A DNA stretch of 57,109 bases, filler included, from Platydemus manokwari (Eukaryota), in the NCBI GenBank assembly GCA_037951405.1. It is 4 parts of 4 records of this genome, joined end to end, with 100 filler letters (N's around TTAATTAATTAA, not from the genome) between each part and the next. Parts side by side here need not be neighbours in the genome. Positions count along the whole stretch, not along the records: positions 45,466 to 57,109 come from JBBMOY010551107.1; 3 more parts are not named here. The stretch is one strand, 5' to 3'. The translations under genes and the position numbers were made by a program. Below, piece by piece: positions 51,651-57,109 of the stretch (the first letter of the stretch is position 1; each line of letters opens with the position of its first letter). Below the pieces are notes generated by a model. That model had not been told where the DNA came from and made no database searches. It saw only the letters and a list, made by a program, of their open reading frames with translations.

Positions 51651-53329
51651 AGTAGTTGTTAATCAAGAGGACGGTCTTACTACGAATGAAGCCATTGTAT
51701 AAATGTAATTTTACCAGAGTAGGAGAAAACGCTTTTCCTGTTTATCTGTTAGATCGATTATTCGAGAATTATAAAATTATCACACATATTTTTTAAAATA
51801 ACTCTTGATATTAAAGAAATACAAAATATTTAATATTTATTTTTTAAAATATCAATTGTTAAAATAAATATTTAAAACTTTGTTTCGGGAATGTGGATTT
51901 CATATTGCGATAAAATATTTATTTGTATTTTTATCTTATCATACAAATTTTCGTCAGTTAGCCAATCCGATTGAAAGACATTTGATATAATTATTTAAAT
52001 CAGCTGAGAAAACGAAAATTAAAAATTTCTTTACGTTAAATTAAATTAAACAAAATGTGGTAATAGTTATTGGTGAATGGTTTCTCTACCAATGCTATCT
52101 TTAATTTAATTTCATAGTAACAACAAAGGATAATTATTTCAAGGACTACATTTAACTTTAATTTACAAAATAATTATTAAATGATATTTTCGATTTTCAG
52201 TTATTTATGTAAGCCAATCACCTGACTTCTGATAATAAAGATAATTCTTGAAACACGCGGTTAATACCAGCGCAAAATTAATTAAAAAAATAACCGATAA
52301 AATATGCACGATTTCTTCGGTTTTCCATAAATTTTATCAAGAGATTCTTGTTAAAATATTAGATATATCTTAAATGTTTCTAATTTCTTTTATCATTTTA
52401 TCTAGAAAGAATTCTAGATCTTTTAGAATATTTGAAGCTTGATGATATACAGATCAATATTTATTCATTCACGAGAATACTTGATGGCATCTAATTCTGC
52501 GAGATTCTATAGCAGAACATTTAATACAATAATAAACCCAATCCAATCATAATAAGTATTAGTAGTAGCTACCTTACAAAATTTGGAAGTATTTAGGATT
52601 AGTTATTAGGAAGTTTTTCGATATATCGATTATTACAAACAATAATAAGAGAGCTTCAATTATTGCCAATCTTAATCGGGAGTATAAATATTAAAATATG
52701 TGTTGTAAAAAATTTAAATTTTTCAAAAAATTTTTCATTTTAAATTTTTAAGTAATTCATTAAAAATTTCAATTTATTAAATTTTCAACATTAAATTTTT
52801 TTAAAAATAATTCATTTTTAGAATGATTTAAATTTATAATTTTCATAAGAATAACATTGGAATATTTATATATAATAATTACTAGGCAACCATCGATTTT
52901 TCTCCAGAGGAAATATTGAATTTATTGACTGTGAGAGATGTTCGCTGTAAGTTGTGAGCGCGTGTGCGCCACACAAGGAAAACGGATGCACACACTTGTA
53001 AAATGTCTGCTCACGCAAAGGGAAAACTGAGAACAAAGTACTGGCTCAATGTCAAAAACTTTGTTTAAATATCAGTTTTGAGAATGGGATTTTTATGTCT
53101 TTAGCGGCCAAAAAAATTAATTAAGTATGGTTTTATTATTGTTGAAAACAAGGGCTGTGCAACAAAAATTGAAGGACATGGACCTAAAAAAAGAAGATTT
53201 AGAATTAAACTGTGTTGGAAGCTCAAGAACAAAATAAAGAGATGACTAAATACCGTCTTTTTGTCCTTTTGAACGTGATATCCTGTATAGTATGCATATT
53301 TAATTTTATAATTGTCTGGACAGTTTTCT

Positions 53330-53490
53330 GGAACTTGTGCAACTTGCTTATAAAAGTCAAGAAAATTCTGATTTGGCAAAGTTGTCGGACATTGCTGGGA
53401 CATTTATGGCATCAAGTGCAGACTGTGAAAGGAGATTTAGTTTAATTAATTCCATTAAAACAAGCAAATAAATAGAATGAGTGATGCTCT
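53330..53490 (+). pseudogene. hAT transposase C-terminal dimerisation domain fragment (ZNF862-like)
   Basis: QLAYKSQENSDLAKLSDIAGTFMASSADCERRFSLINSIKTSK*NRMS, compared with the consensus SSA.CERGFS.MN.IKT..RNRL. Confidence 0.75.
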
Positions 53491-55232
53491 TGTAATAAGT
53501 TTATAAAACGCGTTTTTGCTCATTGTCAGTGACTAATAAATTCTTGACCATTACTTTCATAAAATCTCTTAGATATTCCTGAAAATGATTTCAGAAAGAA
53601 GTGTGTTATTTAGGTTTAACTCAATGGAATTAAAGTTTTTTGACAATTATTTAGAACTTAACCTTTTTCTGCCGACTTCCAGTCTCGTTTAACACAATTT
53701 CGCATAACACATACTTTCCATTCTTGGGAAACCAGCTATAGTAGTTGCATTGCCATTGATTGCATTATCCACCAATAGTCTTATTAGATAGACTTTATTT
53801 AACATCAGATATTTAGGTCACACACCACGCACTAAATAAAATTGCATTGTTAATTTTTTAAATGATTAGCCCTCATTTATTAAACTATCAATGTCTAAAA
53901 ATGAAATAATTGGATGTTAGGGCCATTGAGTATGGAAATGTGTTTTGATAGCGCACTGCATATAACATGAATAGTATCGAACATCAATAAAATATTTTGC
54001 ATATGAATCCCGCCATCACGGCATTTGATTTAAATAGTTAATACTTTGGTGTTGAATAACCCGCAATGCCTCATTTAAATTTGATAACTGCAATATGAAA
54101 AGCAAAGTGATTCGGAAGAAATCCGCGATTAATTAGGGAAAGCTCTGATGTTAATGTATATTTCCAATCTATCAAATCACCATGAAATCTAAGACAAATA
54201 ATCGAAACATAGACAAAGAGAAATTGTAATACAAATCATACATTTATTTAAATAATCGATTGTTGTTTCTATTGGTTCATTTTCTTCTCTAAATTTTATT
54301 CAAAATTAATATTTATCATTTTAAAAAAATAAGATAGATTTTTACCTTTAAGATGTCATCTGTTGAATTCATCTTCTTACCTCCATAAATGGTTGTTCTT
54401 GATTTGGAATCTTTTCCGAATAATCACCATATGCCTCCGAAATTTGTTACATAAATAATACAGTTTAATCTTTTAGAAAAAGGGAATTATCCTATCGAGA
54501 TTATATTTTTGTTCACACACACTTAAACTGTCGAAAAATTTGAATAAATCCTTTTAAACATTCAACGGTAGATAAAATGCTAGAAAATCATTGGATTATC
54601 ATTTGTTTCTGATAACGAATCTTTATCGAATTTTTTCTATTCTTAATACAATATCCGATCTTGATCACGATTTGATAATTTTCGAATTGATGAAATTTCG
54701 AAAATAATTTCATATTCATTCATAGAAACTTGATTCGATAGCAAGACAATGCCTTTAGTCTTTTTAAACTTGAGAAAATTTCATTATTATCTCTTAATTC
54801 AATTTTTCATTATCGATTTTTGGTAAATATGTTACTGTCAGAAAAATCAACAGGTTGTGTCACCTGACTTCCTATCTTAGAAGTCTCGGTCTGATTCAAG
54901 CGTACTTATATTACAAATATAATACACAAGTTTTCAAATTCACGCCAAATGATCAGCTCCGATAAAGTCATAGATAAAAGAGAGGACTCTGTCCCTACAC
55001 GATTCTGCTAAAGGCTACTAAGAGATCCTTTTAGAAGAATAATCTTAATACAATATCTGAAAAATACTCTACACTTCCTTTACCTTAATAACTTTAAACA
55101 AAATCCCTTATAAAAAACGAGTTTATAATAACTAAACAGTCACCTTAAATGCAGCTGAATTCTGATTGTTTTGTAAAGTCAATTTGTTCAAGTATTTATG
55201 AAACCCATTGTGTAGACCAAACACTTTTGACA

Positions 55233-55657
55233 TGTAACAATCAATATTTTATTTATTAAACCAATAATGTTATATTTTATGTATATATTGCTCAGTTTAC
55301 AGCTACTCTAATTTAACAGCTGGGTTCTAATTACCTTACCTCACTCCTACTCTAATTCCGATGCACACTGCATAAAAAATACGTCTTTCTTAATAATATT
55401 AATAATATGTATTTTAATTACACTGTACACCAAATATCAATGTCACAAAAGCACAGATCCCAATAAAGTTATGTTAATAGAACGAGGACCAAGTCCCGAT
55501 ATTTCTGCTGGATACGTTAGCTCAGAATATACTCCCGGATTATATCGCACCGCCATACAATATATTTAATGATTACCATACTGCTAATACAATCATGCCG
55601 CTACAAAGTGCTTGATTCCGTTACGACTACACTTATTGCAGGGTTAAATATATTACA
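55233..55657. mobile_element. putative solo LTR
   Basis: Begins TGTAA and ends TTACA (canonical inverted LTR termini), about 425 bp, non-coding, with a related copy at about 48130-48470. No clean TSD visible. Confidence 0.5.
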
Positions 55658-56399
55658 AATAAGCATATCATCTGTTCAATAGAGCTTCTTGTTGAATGGC
55701 AAAAATAAAGAGTTATCTCACTCTTTTATTCAAACATAATACCGTATAAATACTTAATGTTTACAGCTGATATCTGCTGTTATGAACTTTAACTTAATAA
55801 GCCTGTATTAAATAATTAAATTCAACCTTCAAAATTATTATTTTGCCGTATTTTAAATGCCACATTTTAATAAGTAGTAATTTGACTTTATTTCGTCACT
55901 TTATCATGAATTTCTAGTTAATCTGTACTCTCATTTACTCCATACAACATTTGTTTTATATCTTATTTTATCTATTTTATCTTTGGATTCAAAAAATATT
56001 GTATTATATTTTATTTTAATTCTGTTTTCCTCAACACCTTATGTCAAGTACTCGTGATGCGATGAAATGGTGAATGTGTTTTATTTTAATTTAGTTTTTT
56101 AGGTGTTCACTTCATTTTCAGAACCTACATTCATCCTATGATCGTGACCATTGGAAATAAAACCTGAATGATGAGCAATTATAATTTCAGTATTTTTAAA
56201 ATTATTTAATTTTATACATATTTGTAATAATTTTTAGTGATAGTTTTGTAAGGCATAATTTTGCAGTACTGTCGAGTTTAAAGTGCAAAATCAGTATAGA
56301 AATTCTATAGAAATTAGAATTGTAGTAATTTATAATCTTTCGGTAAGCTTTCCAACTCTCGGATGTTTAGAGATCTTTTCAGTAATGATTGGATCGATC

Positions 56400-56790
56400 A
56401 AGTAGAGAACAAATTGTTACAAAACTTAAAGTAAATTGTGTTACTTGATTTCTCTTATAAGCTCTTGATATTTATTAAAGTGTGCTGAATTCAGGTACAG
56501 AATTCCTAATCGTATTTTCCGGTCTATCGCTCTGCTCAAGTCAGCCAGAAATATTTTACTTTTATCGAATTTTTTCTCGGTTTTATCGAGCCAAATATCA
56601 GATAGATTTTTTATTATTATCAGCTATGGATATCTTGATTTAACGAAAGAGAATTCCCGGAATATACATTACACTTGACAGTCAAAAAGTTCTCTTCAAA
56701 GAGATGCCATTAAATCGTATTTCCAATAACAGCATTAACATTGAGTCCTATCCGATATTTTGGTCTAATATAGGTACCGTACTTAATGTT
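56400..56790 (-). pseudogene. non-LTR (LINE) reverse transcriptase remnant
   Basis: Minus-strand KYRIGLNVNAVIGN (compare NYR.I.LL...GK) followed by KIFLADLSRAIDRK (compare FLD.SKAFDRV), in the expected order. Confidence 0.45.
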
Positions 56791-57037
56791 TATGTATTAA
56801 TATTGGTTAGCGAAATTGCTTGTAGCATGTGAAATTTTTAAAATGAAGTTGATGATCTTATAAAATGAATTCAAAAGATTATATTTATTAATTAATTGTA
56901 GTTCGATATAATTTTGTCTCCTGACTTTTCAGTTAATTTCTGATGCTTTATTTATTAAATATTAGTGGCACATGTAAGCCGTTACTATTTTAAAAAGCAC
57001 ACATTAAAAAGGAATTGAAAAATCACGACAACAAATA

Positions 57038-57109
57038 TTAGGTTGGTGCAAAAATAATGGCCTTTTTTAAATTGGCTTTTCATTTTTAAATATTAAATTG
57101 AAGATCTTA
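57038..57109 (+). mobile_element. terminal inverted repeat of a mariner element (Hsmar1/MADE1-like), truncated by the window end
   Basis: TA at 57036-57037, then TTAGGTTGGTGCAAAAATAATGGCCTTTTT, which matches 26/30 of the Hsmar1 TIR as I recall it (TTAGGTTGGTGCAAAAGTAATTGCGGTTTT). Confidence 0.7.

Noticed and set aside
51655-51715. GACGGTCTTA resembling the planarian spliced-leader core
   Set aside because: Only about 10 nt match the SL as I recall it, and I see no convincing full SL exon, donor and Sm-site arrangement.
52937-53029. Possible small hAT MITE (GATGTTCGCTGTAAG...AGGGAAAACTG) with a GC-rich interior
   Set aside because: The TIRs are too degraded and no TSD was found.
53600-54000. 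LLVDNA motif suggesting a pogo/Tigger DDE remnant on the minus strand
   Set aside because: Only one short motif supports it.

Overview
This is AT-rich eukaryotic (animal) genomic DNA, not prokaryotic. Many 40-60 nt GT-AG introns and the composition suggest a flatworm, probably a planarian; that is an inference, not a database result. The window consists of four contigs joined by three identical artificial 100-nt spacers (44 N + TTAATTAATTAA + 44 N). It contains three spliced conserved genes: (1) the 3' part of a WD40-repeat protein resembling F-box/WD proteins, + strand, five exons, 174-13166; (2) complete CPSF1/CPSF160, - strand, about 22 exons, 24535-31873; (3) complete BTAF1/MOT1, - strand, about 13 exons, 32617-38568. 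There is also an intronless orphan ORF (47001-47693) with a C4 zinc-finger-like N-terminus and a PTS1-like C-terminus. The rest is decayed transposon DNA: four hAT (Charlie/Buster-type) non-autonomous elements with TIRs (three with clear 8-bp TSDs), a TTAA-flanked piggyBac derivative, a Ty3/gypsy relic, mariner, MULE-like, LINE-like and Penelope-like fragments, and probable solo LTRs. I found no RNA genes or CRISPR arrays and no convincing novel multi-gene system. The best leads are the orphan zinc-finger gene, a possible trans-splice acceptor at the BTAF1 start, the close BTAF1-CPSF1 tandem (which spans a gap), and an Hsmar1-like mariner end. All translations and motif comparisons were done by eye against remembered family consensus sequences.
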